Origin: Fidelibacterota bacterium
Lineage (GTDB): Bacteria; Fidelibacterota; UBA2242; JAFGTP01
Assembly: GCA_016934035.1 (NCBI GenBank)
Contig: JAFGTP010000054.1
Span: forward strand, 90,948 to 154,947
Direction of reading: 5' to 3'
Length of the DNA stretch: 64,000 nucleotides
The position numbers and the translations under genes are program-made. Position 1 is the stretch's first letter. Every line of letters starts with the position of its first letter. The notes below the pieces were generated by a model, which ran no database searches, had not been told where the DNA came from, and worked only from the letters and a program-made list of their open reading frames with translations. Below are positions 47,444 to 56,831 of this stretch, one piece after another.

Positions 47444-48272
47444 TCATGTCAAAAGTGCTTCGGGTTGGGGCATGGGCGCAGCTGTCTCTTCTCTCAATAA
47501 TAATCCTGACGGTGTCTTTTTAAATCCCGCCTCACTGGCTCGATCGCCTGAATTTTTTCATTTAAACTATACTCGATTTGTACTCGACATCAATACAACA
47601 TCCCTGGGTGTTGGTCTCGAAAATAAATATTTTCATTACGCCATAAACATCAGTTATCTTAATTATGGTGATTTTGAGGAAAAAGACGAAAACGGTCTGG
47701 ACTTCGGGTCTTTTTCTGCCCATGACAAGGAGATTGCCCTGGTGGTCGCCCGAAGAATCGGCCGTTATGTTTCTGCCGGCTTATCAACAGCCTTTATCGG
47801 GTCCACGATTCAAAATTATTCCGCCAGCGCATTGACCGGCGGCCTTGGCCTTCAATATTTTCACCCGGAACATGAATTCGCCGTCGGCATCAGCTACAGG
47901 AACATTGACTATCAATTATCGGGCTACACAGACAAAAAGGAAAACATGCCAAACCTTGCCATTGTGGGGTTATCCAAAAAATTACAGTACCTGCCGGCTA
48001 CAGTCAGTCTCGACATTATGGCTTATCAAAAGAGTAACATCATTTTTAACACCGGAATCAAATTTCAACCCAATGCCATGTTTCGCCTTTTTCTGGGAAC
48101 AGGCAGCAGAAAATTTGATCTGCAAAACCGCACCAACCTCAATAGTCTGTTATCAGGTATCAGTTTCGGTACCGGTTTTCAAATCAAAAAAATGAATTTT
48201 GACATCAGTTACAGTTCACTGGGCGATGCCGGACAAATTACTTCCTTCTCTTTCTACAAATTGCTAGATTAA
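47349..48272 (+). CDS. Outer-membrane beta-barrel protein, PorQ/PorV/UPF0164-like
   Basis: It has a signal peptide (MKELKKKLTKYLLILVLMTQGARG). 'SASGWGMGAAVSSLNNNPDGVFLNPASLA' is present, with amphipathic beta-strand patterning to the end. With this start it overlaps the upstream gene by 95 nt. Confidence 0.45.
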   Translation: MKELKKKLTKYLLILVLMTQGARGQGLFQGHNHVKSASGWGMGAAVSSLNNNPDGVFLNPASLARSPEFFHLNYTRFVLDINTTSLGVGLENKYFHYAINISYLNYGDFEEKDENGLDFGSFSAHDKEIALVVARRIGRYVSAGLSTAFIGSTIQNYSASALTGGLGLQYFHPEHEFAVGISYRNIDYQLSGYTDKKENMPNLAIVGLSKKLQYLPATVSLDIMAYQKSNIIFNTGIKFQPNAMFRLFLGTGSRKFDLQNRTNLNSLLSGISFGTGFQIKKMNFDISYSSLGDAGQITSFSFYKLLD

Positions 48273-48276
48273 TCCT

Positions 48277-48651
48277 ATGAAAAACCTTTGGAAAATATTC
48301 TTACCCGCAATTGTTTTATTATTATCCTGTGATCCTGCAAACAACATGAAGTTGAGTTATGATTGGGATGTTGACCCGATTTTTCGTGATAATTGCATTG
48401 CCTGTCATGGCAATGGGAAAAATTCCAGCGCCAGCCTTGATCTCACATCCTATGAAAACCTGATGAAAGGTGATTCTGACAGTGGCCCGGTTGTGGTCCC
48501 CAAATATCCCGAGCAAAGTTTACTCATTGATAAAATTGCCAGCGAATTTCCTATTATCGGCTCCCGCATGCCCATCAACCTGCCGCCTTTGAGTGATGAA
48601 GAAATTCGTATTATTGATGTCTGGATTTATCGTGGAGCAAAAGATAATTGA
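48277..48651 (+). CDS. Small lipoprotein consisting of one PSCyt1-like (Planctomycete-type) c-type cytochrome domain
   Basis: Lipobox LLLSC. The heme-binding CIACH is at nt 48394-48408. 'LDLTSYENLMKGDSDSGPVVVPKYPEQSLLI...RMP...LSDEEIRIIDVWI..GA' follows the PSCyt1 pattern. Confidence 0.6.
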   Translation: MKNLWKIFLPAIVLLLSCDPANNMKLSYDWDVDPIFRDNCIACHGNGKNSSASLDLTSYENLMKGDSDSGPVVVPKYPEQSLLIDKIASEFPIIGSRMPINLPPLSDEEIRIIDVWIYRGAKDN

Positions 48652-48720
48652 CCCATTTTTTATTACGAATTTCCCCTAATTTTAAATAACTTCCCATTAA
48701 ATATTATCAGAGGAGTTGTC

Positions 48721-49635
48721 ATGTTCAAATGGTTATCTTTGCTTATTATCTCTATTTTATTGGTTCAGTGCAATCCGGTTTTTATCAAAAAATCCCAACC
48801 ACGGACGCTGGAACATTATATTAAAATACTGGGCAATGAGATTAGCCGAAATCATACAGGGTCAGAATCCCTGACAATTGCTGTTCTTGAGTTTTATGGC
48901 AGTGATGATCATTCCATCCAACTCGGTCCTACGATAGCAGATGAACTGACGGTCCGGCTATTTAACGCTAAAAAATTCAAAGTGATTGAAAGACAACTGC
49001 TCAATAAAGTGATTGAAGAGCAGAGACTTTCACTTTCCGGACACTTAGATGAGCAATCCGTCAAATCCATTGGAAAAATTCTAGGTGTTGATGCCATTGT
49101 GACGGGAACTTTCAGCCGGATCAATGATCAGGTCAATCTTTATGCCCGCCTGATCTCAACAGAAACCGGTGAAATATTTTCCGTTGCCAAAACGCAAGTT
49201 CCCTTTGAGATTGTAAAACCTTTAACATTCAAGGACTTGTCCAGCGAAAGCAATCCCTTAGAAATTAAAGTGGTGCAAAAAAATGATCTGGTTTATGAAT
49301 TGTCCGAAGTCCAGTTCAATAACAATCAATTGACCTGTGAAATCAGAATAACCAGCAAGGAAAAGGACCAGGAAGTCGTTTTCTTTGGTCGAAATACTAT
49401 TACAACCAGCACCGGTAAAGTATATAAAAACAGGTTCAGGAGTATTGGTGACCAAAAAACGGAGTATATTTCAAGTGCGCTTCACTTTAAATTATTCAAA
49501 GATGTTCCCTATACTTATGTTCTAAATTTTGATGAAATCTTTGACAAACCTTCAATAATTTCTGTTTTGGAACTGGATATCAAAGACGGCCTAGTCAGGG
49601 AGTTTATCCAATTTCGAAATATTGAAATTGAATAG
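48721..49635 (+). CDS. Lipoprotein with a CsgG/LpoB/TolB-N-like domain plus a beta-rich C-terminal domain (paralog of 3300-4013)
   Basis: The RBS is GAGGAG and the lipobox is LLVQC. 'IAVLEFYG...IERQLLNKVIEEQRLSLSGHLDEQSVKSIGKILGVDAIVTGTF...LYARLIS' is present. Confidence 0.55.
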   Translation: MFKWLSLLIISILLVQCNPVFIKKSQPRTLEHYIKILGNEISRNHTGSESLTIAVLEFYGSDDHSIQLGPTIADELTVRLFNAKKFKVIERQLLNKVIEEQRLSLSGHLDEQSVKSIGKILGVDAIVTGTFSRINDQVNLYARLISTETGEIFSVAKTQVPFEIVKPLTFKDLSSESNPLEIKVVQKNDLVYELSEVQFNNNQLTCEIRITSKEKDQEVVFFGRNTITTSTGKVYKNRFRSIGDQKTEYISSALHFKLFKDVPYTYVLNFDEIFDKPSIISVLELDIKDGLVREFIQFRNIEIE

Positions 49636-49834
49636 TAGAAAAAATTCTCTCTTAAAAATTATTAAAGCCCTAATTTTTAACCAGGGTGGATTTGCATGTT
49701 TCATGTCATATGATACTGGTTTTGAATAATCCCTTGGTTAACCCATTCTTATGAAAAAAGGGTAAGGAAGGGTTAAAAATCATCCTTTCTACCACTTGTT
49801 TTTTGATTCAATTTTTATCAAACCTGATGGGAAC

Positions 49835-49865
49835 AAAAAAAGGGGTCAAAACATGACCCCTTTTT
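49835..49865. terminator. Bidirectional rho-independent terminator
   Basis: The stem is AGGGGTCA / TGACCCCT with a 5-nt loop, flanked by A7 upstream and T5 downstream. It lies 33 nt past the tonB stop. Confidence 0.75.
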
Positions 49866-49897
49866 AAATACTTATGATATTTTATGAATACTAAATA

Positions 49898-50566
49898 TTA
49901 TCCCTTTAATTTAAATACAACAGGAATTGAAATCCAGACACCGACTTTTCTGTCTCGTTGCAGTGCCGGTTTGAATTTTGTTTTCTTAATGGCGGTAATG
50001 GCCGCTTCATTTAAACCGGTATTGGGAATTCCTTTTAGGACTTCACAGGTACCGACATCACCATTTTCATCAATAAAAGCCTGAACCACAACTGTACCTT
50101 CGATACCGGCTTCCTGTGCAATTTCAGGGTAAATTACATTTCGTTGAATTGCAGCAAACCCACCAATGGGATCCGGTGCCTGATCGTAAGGTATGAATCT
50201 GACCCTGGGGCCGCTGGATTCATCTTCATCAGGTGGTGGTGGAGGAGCATCATTGAAATCGAGGTCAAAATCCTCAAAAGATTGGAGTTCAAAATCAATA
50301 TCTTCATCCAGATTTTCGTCTTCAGATTCGACCGGTATGGCCGGTTTTGAAGGAGCCTGAACCTGTTGAATCTCCATTTTTGTTACCACAGCTTCTGATT
50401 GTTCGATGAAAGTTTGTGTTTCCTGTTGAACGGTAATTTCTCTTTCAAATTTAGGGAAAAGATACAATCCAATGATGAATAGCACCAGGGTAATGACCAG
50501 TGAGTTTTTCACCACTATTGGATATTTTAATTTTAGACTGACTTCAGGTTTTTTTCTAAGTATCAT
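49898..50566 (-). CDS. tonB: TonB-family energy transducer
   Basis: It has an N-terminal TM helix, an acidic/Pro-rich spacer (PPPPPDEDE), and a C-terminal 'YPEIAQEAGIEGTVVVQAFIDENGDV' TonB_C pattern. Confidence 0.8.
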   Translation of the reverse strand: MILRKKPEVSLKLKYPIVVKNSLVITLVLFIIGLYLFPKFEREITVQQETQTFIEQSEAVVTKMEIQQVQAPSKPAIPVESEDENLDEDIDFELQSFEDFDLDFNDAPPPPPDEDESSGPRVRFIPYDQAPDPIGGFAAIQRNVIYPEIAQEAGIEGTVVVQAFIDENGDVGTCEVLKGIPNTGLNEAAITAIKKTKFKPALQRDRKVGVWISIPVVFKLKG

Positions 50567-50576
50567 GATAACTTCC

Positions 50577-50990
50577 CTAAGATGCTGATTTAGTTGAATA
50601 ATTGATTTTAAAGGCTTGGCCTTTTCTTAGTTCATGATGAATTTTATCAATCACTTCATATCTGGTTTCTACATCTGCCCGCAGGGATACTGTCAGGTTC
50701 CCTTGAGCTTCTTTCTGTGCCACAAATGCCAGATTCCTGATATTTTCAGGTTCAACAATTTGACCATCAAAGCTGATCATGCCTGCTTTGTTGACCCAGA
50801 TATAGGAAACGTCAACTCTGGATTTGAGTTTTTTGATTTCTTTGGCCTGGGGCAGATTGACTGGCAATCCTTCAGCAGTTCTCAATACGGAAGATACCAT
50901 AAAAAAGAATATCAACATAAACACAATATCAGGCATCGCTGTAGTAGGAATTCCTACACTTTCTTTTTTTCTTTTCCATTCCATAATCAA
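50577..50990 (-). CDS. exbD: ExbD/TolR-family protein
   Basis: 'MPDIVFMLIFFFMV' TM helix with a periplasmic domain; 137 aa. Confidence 0.85.
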   Translation of the reverse strand: MIMEWKRKKESVGIPTTAMPDIVFMLIFFFMVSSVLRTAEGLPVNLPQAKEIKKLKSRVDVSYIWVNKAGMISFDGQIVEPENIRNLAFVAQKEAQGNLTVSLRADVETRYEVIDKIHHELRKGQAFKINYSTKSAS

Positions 50991-51008
50991 ATTTCCTTGC
51001 AGATATTG

Positions 51009-51410
51009 TTATTGGGCAATTGATATATTTTTATCAGCTTTTGCCATTTTCAACTGGTCTAATACAGAGATATAATCTTCATATTTGGCACTTTCGTGAG
51101 CTTTGATCGAAAAGATCATTTTGGGGTTCTTGGCCAATAATTTTTCCACTTCGGTCCTTACTCTGTCCACATCAACGGTTTCGCCATCCAGAAAGACATT
51201 TCCTTTGGGGTCGATGAGGACATTGGTGATCATGTCTTTGTTTAATTTGACTTCTTCCTCGCTGTCGGGTGGAAGAATCAGACCGATTCCTTTATCCATA
51301 TCAATGGTTGTTGCTACCATGAAAAAGATAAGAATCAGGAAGGCTATATCAGCAAGCGAACCATCAGGAATTTTAGCTTCACGTTCTTTCTTCTTTTTTA
51401 GTACGGCCAT
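51009..51410 (-). CDS. exbD: ExbD/TolR-family protein (second copy)
   Basis: 'LADIAFLILIFFMV' TM helix; 133 aa. Confidence 0.85.
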   Translation of the reverse strand: MAVLKKKKEREAKIPDGSLADIAFLILIFFMVATTIDMDKGIGLILPPDSEEEVKLNKDMITNVLIDPKGNVFLDGETVDVDRVRTEVEKLLAKNPKMIFSIKAHESAKYEDYISVLDQLKMAKADKNISIAQ

Positions 51411-51426
51411 TTTTTATACTCTTATA

Positions 51427-52041
51427 TTAGTTTTTACTTTGTTCGTAGGAAATTGTATCGATAAGATTGATTGAACTTTCTTCCATATTGACAACGATAC
51501 TATCAACGCGTGCAGTAAAAATGTTATAGAAAAATTGTATAATCATAGCCACAATAAGTCCGAAAAGAGTTGTTAACAACGCTTCGGAAATACCACCCGC
51601 AACAACTGCCGGGGAAATATTGTTTGCGGCTTCGATATCCTGGAAGGCGTTAACCATACCAGCAACTGTACCGGCAAAACCAAGCATCGGGGCAAGAACG
51701 ATTACAGTTGACAGCCAGATCATACCTCTTTCGAGGAAAGCCAGTTCAACAGCGCCGGCATTGGTGATGGCTTTTTCAACTGCTGCAACACCGTATTTGT
51801 ATCTTGATAATCCGGCATGAAAAATTTCAGCAATCGGACCAGGAGTATTTTCACAAACTTCGAGAGCTGCTTCAACTCCATCTTCTTTTAAAGTTTTGTT
51901 CATTTTGGGAATAAAACTTTTTGTCACAATGGTCGACTTTGTTAAAGTATAAATTCTTTCTAATGTAACAACCAAGCCAAATATGAAAAGAAACAAGATC
52001 GGCCACATCATTACTCCGCCATCAATAAATAATTGAACCAT
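51427..52041 (-). CDS. exbB: MotA/TolQ/ExbB proton-channel protein
   Basis: It has three TM segments. 'APMLGFAGTVAGMVNAF' and 'ALLTTLFGLIVAM' are present. The RBS is GGAGGA. Confidence 0.88.
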   Translation of the reverse strand: MVQLFIDGGVMMWPILFLFIFGLVVTLERIYTLTKSTIVTKSFIPKMNKTLKEDGVEAALEVCENTPGPIAEIFHAGLSRYKYGVAAVEKAITNAGAVELAFLERGMIWLSTVIVLAPMLGFAGTVAGMVNAFQDIEAANNISPAVVAGGISEALLTTLFGLIVAMIIQFFYNIFTARVDSIVVNMEESSINLIDTISYEQSKN

Positions 52042-52153
52042 TAGTTAACATCCTCCATTTTAATTTCTAAATTCAATTTCATATAAATTATTTCTGAGTA
52101 GTTTAAATTAACATGCTTAAAAAGTCAACTATAAATTAAGGTTATCAGATTTC

Positions 52154-53791
52154 CTAATCAACTAAAATCTTTTCCGCTTCATCAAAATAGCTGATTACTT
52201 TTTTGAGATAATCATCTCCAAGCCGAAGAACTTTATAGGATTCGTCATATCCCCACAGCTCTTTTGCGATGGAAGCCTTCAATCTCAATTTAATAAAATT
52301 TTTGTCTTTCAGGACTTCTTGTTCTTTGGTTTCTATTTTTTGTTCCTGAACAATTTTTAGAAATTCTTCAAATTCCTGGTCTGTAATTTCAAATTTATTG
52401 AAAAATTTATCTTTGTTATTCTTCAAATCCGGATTTTTGTCAATATAAGCAATGGAATATACAAATTCCGGACGCGTGGCAGCTGTCAGAATTTTTCGAC
52501 CGGATTCGGTAATATCAAACTCATCATCAATATGAAAATCAGGGGAAATGCCACCGCCGCCGAGGACTGTGCGTCCTTTTTTGGTTTTATATTCCGGCCT
52601 GTTTTTGATAGAATCCTGTACGGCAAGCAAGGAGTCCCTGTTTTCAACAGCAAAATCTTCGTAATAGGATACCATATCACCATTCTCATAAGGACGCTGA
52701 ATCAAACGACCTGAAGGTGTGTAATACTTTGCAATGGTCACGCGAATTGCCGATCCGTCTCGAAGCCGGTACTGCCTCTGAACAAGGCCTTTGCCGAAAC
52801 TGGTTTCACCGACGACAATGCCCCGGTCAAGGTCTTGAAGCGCACCGGCCACAATCTCACTGGCGCTGGCGCTACCACGATTTATCATCACAATGACCGG
52901 ATAGCGGTCACCAGTTTCAATCTGCCCGGAATAATAGACTTCATTGGAACTTGGAATCCGGCCTTTGGTGGATACTATCGTTTCTTTTCCTTCAATGAAG
53001 ATATCGGAGATTTTGACTGCTTCTCCCAGAATACCGCCACTGTTGCCCCGCAGGTCCAGAAGAAGCTTTTTCATTCCTTCTTTTTTTAATTTATTGATAG
53101 CGTCCTGTACCTCATCATAGGTGGTTGCTGAAAAACGATTAACAAAAATATAACCGATTTCATCGTCCATCATGAAGGAAGCGGACACGCTGTAGAGCGG
53201 AATTTCATCGCGGATGAGGGTCACGTCAAAGGCCTTTTCGTCACCACGCTTGATGGTGACAATAACCCTTGAACCTTTTGGCCCGCGTAATTTTTTGGGT
53301 ACTTCATCCCGTGCAATTTTAAAAGCTGATTCACCATCAATTTTAATTATTTTATCGCCGCTTCGCAGGCCGGCTTTGTCAGCCGGAGAATCGGCAATGG
53401 GTGATATTACAGTGATAAAATTATCCAAAATATCAAATTCAATCCCAATGCCGGTGAATTTTCCGTCAAAACTTTCTTCGATATTGGATAATTCCTTTTT
53501 ATCGATGAACACAGAGTGGGGATCTAACTCATCCATGAGGCTTTTATAAACACCATCAAAAATATTGTCCCAGTCCGGCACTTCGGCGTAATTTTCGTTG
53601 ACCAATCCAATAATGTCACTCAGGATATTCATTTTCATATATAAATTATTTCCGGCGACAGCAATCTTTTTTCCAACAGGTGAAATGATGACTGCAAAAA
53701 TGATAACAATCGAAACCAGTAAGGCTAATCTGACAGGTCTTTTTTTTGCTTTCAAGTAAATTTCCTTTCGAAATCTTGTTCTCAAACTCAT
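52154..53791 (-). CDS. S41 C-terminal processing peptidase with a PDZ domain
   Basis: It has an N-terminal anchor and a PDZ domain ('PADKAGLRSGDKIIKIDG'). 'GSASASEIVAGALQD' (Ser) and 'TSFGKGLVQ' (Lys) form the catalytic dyad. Confidence 0.9.
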   Translation of the reverse strand: MSLRTRFRKEIYLKAKKRPVRLALLVSIVIIFAVIISPVGKKIAVAGNNLYMKMNILSDIIGLVNENYAEVPDWDNIFDGVYKSLMDELDPHSVFIDKKELSNIEESFDGKFTGIGIEFDILDNFITVISPIADSPADKAGLRSGDKIIKIDGESAFKIARDEVPKKLRGPKGSRVIVTIKRGDEKAFDVTLIRDEIPLYSVSASFMMDDEIGYIFVNRFSATTYDEVQDAINKLKKEGMKKLLLDLRGNSGGILGEAVKISDIFIEGKETIVSTKGRIPSSNEVYYSGQIETGDRYPVIVMINRGSASASEIVAGALQDLDRGIVVGETSFGKGLVQRQYRLRDGSAIRVTIAKYYTPSGRLIQRPYENGDMVSYYEDFAVENRDSLLAVQDSIKNRPEYKTKKGRTVLGGGGISPDFHIDDEFDITESGRKILTAATRPEFVYSIAYIDKNPDLKNNKDKFFNKFEITDQEFEEFLKIVQEQKIETKEQEVLKDKNFIKLRLKASIAKELWGYDESYKVLRLGDDYLKKVISYFDEAEKILVD

Positions 53792-53854
53792 TTTTAAACT
53801 ATTTTGTAAACCTCATAAAATACGATAGTTCCCGTAAAAATAAAAAATATAAAA

Positions 53855-55186
53855 TCATTTTACCAAAACGCCTTCAGCAGCAACAATCCCGGTTACCGCC
53901 GCATAAACAATTCCACGACTGTGTCCACTGGCATCTCCGGCTACAAAAAAATTTTTACAGGTGGTCTCCATATAAGGTGTCACATGGTAATTTGTATCAT
54001 AAAATTTAATTTCCGGTGCATAGAGAAAGGTGTTGTTGGACAGAAGGCCGGATATGATTTCATCTAGTACAGTGATACCTTCAATCAGATTGCGTACGAT
54101 GCGATGGGGAAATACCATGCCGATGTCGCCGGGCGTCACATCCATAAGCGTTGGTGTTATGGCCGATTTGGCCAGGCGCCCCCAGGTTGATCTTCTGCCA
54201 TTTAAGAGATCAGACAATCGCTGGATAATGGGTTTGCCGCCACCAATCGTCATGGCCATTCTGGCGATGTCCCGCCCGTATGCGGTGGAATCCTCAACCG
54301 GATTGGTCAATGAAACCCGGGACAGCAGGGCAAAGTTGGTGTTGACGGTTTTATGGTCTCTTTTGGCATGGCCGTTGACCAGGACAAACTCATCATAAAC
54401 CTCTTTGGTAATAAATCCTCTCGGGTTGGTGCAAAAGGTTCGTACAAGGTCGTCGAAACTTTTTGTATAGAGCCGGAATTTGGCATCGTACATGACCGTA
54501 GCAATTTTATCGTAAATTTCATAGGGAAACTCAACCCGTATCCCAACGTCAATAGGGCCATAGGAGGTCTGGACCCCCAGGTTTTTTACCTGCTCGCGCA
54601 ACCAATAGGAGCCGGCGCGTCCCGGTGCAGCTATTAAATATTTACCCCAATATTTTGACTGCTCCGTTTCAATGAAAAACAGGTCATCTTTCTTTTTAAT
54701 ATCCTTGACGCGATCATTTTTGGAAAATTGAATATTCTTCTCGGCGGCCAATTTTCTATAAAACCGATCGATAATGATATGTAAAACATCGGTCCCAATA
54801 TGACGCTGCTTTGCATAAATAAATTCCACGCCGGCAGAATGGGCTTTTCTTTTCAGTTCCATACTTCCCATATCGCTCAGACCGGAATAGCCCCCTTCGG
54901 CGCCTACTGAATTAAACACATCATCTACTTTTTGAATTAATTGTTCTATTTCTTCATCTGTCCGGCCAAAAGAAGTAGGATCACCACCGATTTTGCTGGT
55001 TAGATTCAGTTTGCCATCGGAAAAAGTACCTGCGCCGCCAATGCCAAAATTCATATCGGTGCGCAAGGAGGGTTCATCGCCCCGCTCAACCACCAGAACC
55101 GATAAATTTTCTCCGCTGAGACGTTCTGCGGCAAACATACCGGCCGGTCCGGAACCTACAATTATTACATCATATATTTTATCCAT
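53855..55186 (-). CDS. FAD-dependent oxidoreductase of unknown specificity (COG2509-like)
   Basis: The N-terminal Rossmann motif 'DVIIVGSGPAGMFAA' is present, along with 'GGAGTFSDGKL' and C-terminal 'FFVAGDASG'. Confidence 0.7.
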   Translation of the reverse strand: MDKIYDVIIVGSGPAGMFAAERLSGENLSVLVVERGDEPSLRTDMNFGIGGAGTFSDGKLNLTSKIGGDPTSFGRTDEEIEQLIQKVDDVFNSVGAEGGYSGLSDMGSMELKRKAHSAGVEFIYAKQRHIGTDVLHIIIDRFYRKLAAEKNIQFSKNDRVKDIKKKDDLFFIETEQSKYWGKYLIAAPGRAGSYWLREQVKNLGVQTSYGPIDVGIRVEFPYEIYDKIATVMYDAKFRLYTKSFDDLVRTFCTNPRGFITKEVYDEFVLVNGHAKRDHKTVNTNFALLSRVSLTNPVEDSTAYGRDIARMAMTIGGGKPIIQRLSDLLNGRRSTWGRLAKSAITPTLMDVTPGDIGMVFPHRIVRNLIEGITVLDEIISGLLSNNTFLYAPEIKFYDTNYHVTPYMETTCKNFFVAGDASGHSRGIVYAAVTGIVAAEGVLVK

Positions 55187-55396
55187 ACACAGCTCACTGT
55201 TCCCAAGGGTGTTACATTTCTAAAAATGACTGAATTTAACGGGATAAACAAGAAATTTATTTTCCCTTTTTCGTTTCATATTTTTTATTCAAATTTTATT
55301 AAATATTGCCTATTTTTCATAAAACCTTTTGAGCATCCGGTTCAAAAAGGATTAAATGAAATATAATTATCCGTTTCAAAACTTCCGGAGACCTGT

Positions 55397-56743
55397 ATGC
55401 GAAAAATTTTTATTATCGATGATGAACCTCAAATAATCGCCAGCATAGAACAAAACCTTCCTTCTACGATCTATGATATCAATTCTTATAATAATGCACA
55501 AACAGCCTTCCGGCAAATCGGGGAGTGCCGGCCGGAATTAATCCTGCTTGATCTGATCATGCCAGAAATGAACGGTTTCCAGTTTTTGGAGTCTCTGAAA
55601 GCCCAGAAACACAACATTCCCGTAATCATCATATCCGGTGAAAATAAAATTGATTCGGCTGTCAAAGCCATGAAACTTGGCGCCGTCGATTTTATCACCA
55701 AACCTTTTGATTTTGAAAAACTTAATGATACAATCAATCAATATCTTCCAATCAAATCTCATCAATCACCCCGGAATACAGGCGTCTCAATTATCGGTGA
55801 CAGCGAAGCCTTTTTTCAAATTCAAAATCAAATTGCGATTATCAGCCGGTCACCGGATACAACTGTCTTGATCTGTGGCGAAACGGGAACCGGAAAAGAA
55901 TTGGTGGCCCGAAAAATTCATGAACAAAGTGAACGAAGCAAAGAGGCCTTTATTGAAATCAATTGCAGCGCTATCCAGGAGACTCTTCTGGAATCTGAAC
56001 TGTTCGGACATGAAAAAGGCGCTTTCACCGGTGCAGGTGTCACCAAAAAAGGACTTCTGGAAATTGCTCATAAAGGAACATTTTTTCTCGATGAAATTGG
56101 TGATATGCCGACAATCCTGCAGGCAAAACTGCTCAAGGTTCTGGAGCAAAAAAAAATCAGAAGACTGGGCGGACTGAAAGAAATTGAGTTGGATTTAAGG
56201 TTTTTATGTGCCACCTCCCGGGATTTATTTCAATTGATGAAGGAAAATAAATTCCGACAGGACCTTTATTACCGCATCAGTGTTGCCACCATTACCCTGG
56301 CGCCTTTACGCGAAAGAAAACAGGATATCGAAGTGTTGGCAAAATATTTTCTAAAATTATATAATGAAAAATTTCACAAAAATATTAAAGGTTTCAGTCG
56401 TCACTGCTTAAAATCCATGGCTGAATACAATTGGCCGGGCAATGTCAGGGAACTTAAAAATTTCGTTGAACGGGAGGTCCTTTTCCAAAATGCCGACATC
56501 ATCAGTGAATTGACCATTATCACCCCATCGGAGTCCCCTGCAAAAAAGGGCCTTCCCAAAAATATTCCCGGAAAAATCACTCTGGACCAATTGGAAAAAG
56601 ATTTTATCATTGACACCTTAAAAGAAACCAACGGAAATCAGGTGCAGGCCGCTAATATTTTAAATATAACCCGGTCACAACTGAAACATCGTATAAAAAG
56701 ATATAATATTGATGTAGAATCCTTAAAAAATGGTCAAATATAG
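55397..56743 (+). CDS. Sigma-54-dependent response regulator (REC - AAA+ - Fis-type HTH; NtrC family)
   Basis: The REC domain has 'LILLDLIMPEMNG'. The AAA+ domain has 'GETGTGKE', 'ESELFGHEKGAFTGA' (GAFTGA loop) and 'DEIGDM'. The HTH is 'QAANILNITRSQLKHRIK'. Confidence 0.92.
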   Translation: MRKIFIIDDEPQIIASIEQNLPSTIYDINSYNNAQTAFRQIGECRPELILLDLIMPEMNGFQFLESLKAQKHNIPVIIISGENKIDSAVKAMKLGAVDFITKPFDFEKLNDTINQYLPIKSHQSPRNTGVSIIGDSEAFFQIQNQIAIISRSPDTTVLICGETGTGKELVARKIHEQSERSKEAFIEINCSAIQETLLESELFGHEKGAFTGAGVTKKGLLEIAHKGTFFLDEIGDMPTILQAKLLKVLEQKKIRRLGGLKEIELDLRFLCATSRDLFQLMKENKFRQDLYYRISVATITLAPLRERKQDIEVLAKYFLKLYNEKFHKNIKGFSRHCLKSMAEYNWPGNVRELKNFVEREVLFQNADIISELTIITPSESPAKKGLPKNIPGKITLDQLEKDFIIDTLKETNGNQVQAANILNITRSQLKHRIKRYNIDVESLKNGQI

Positions 56744-56831
56744 CCATTATTGTATAAATATGTCCATAAACCGATATCCTGCCGGTCAGTCAAAGAGGTC
56801 TAAAATATTCAAAAACATGTGGTTGTCAATG

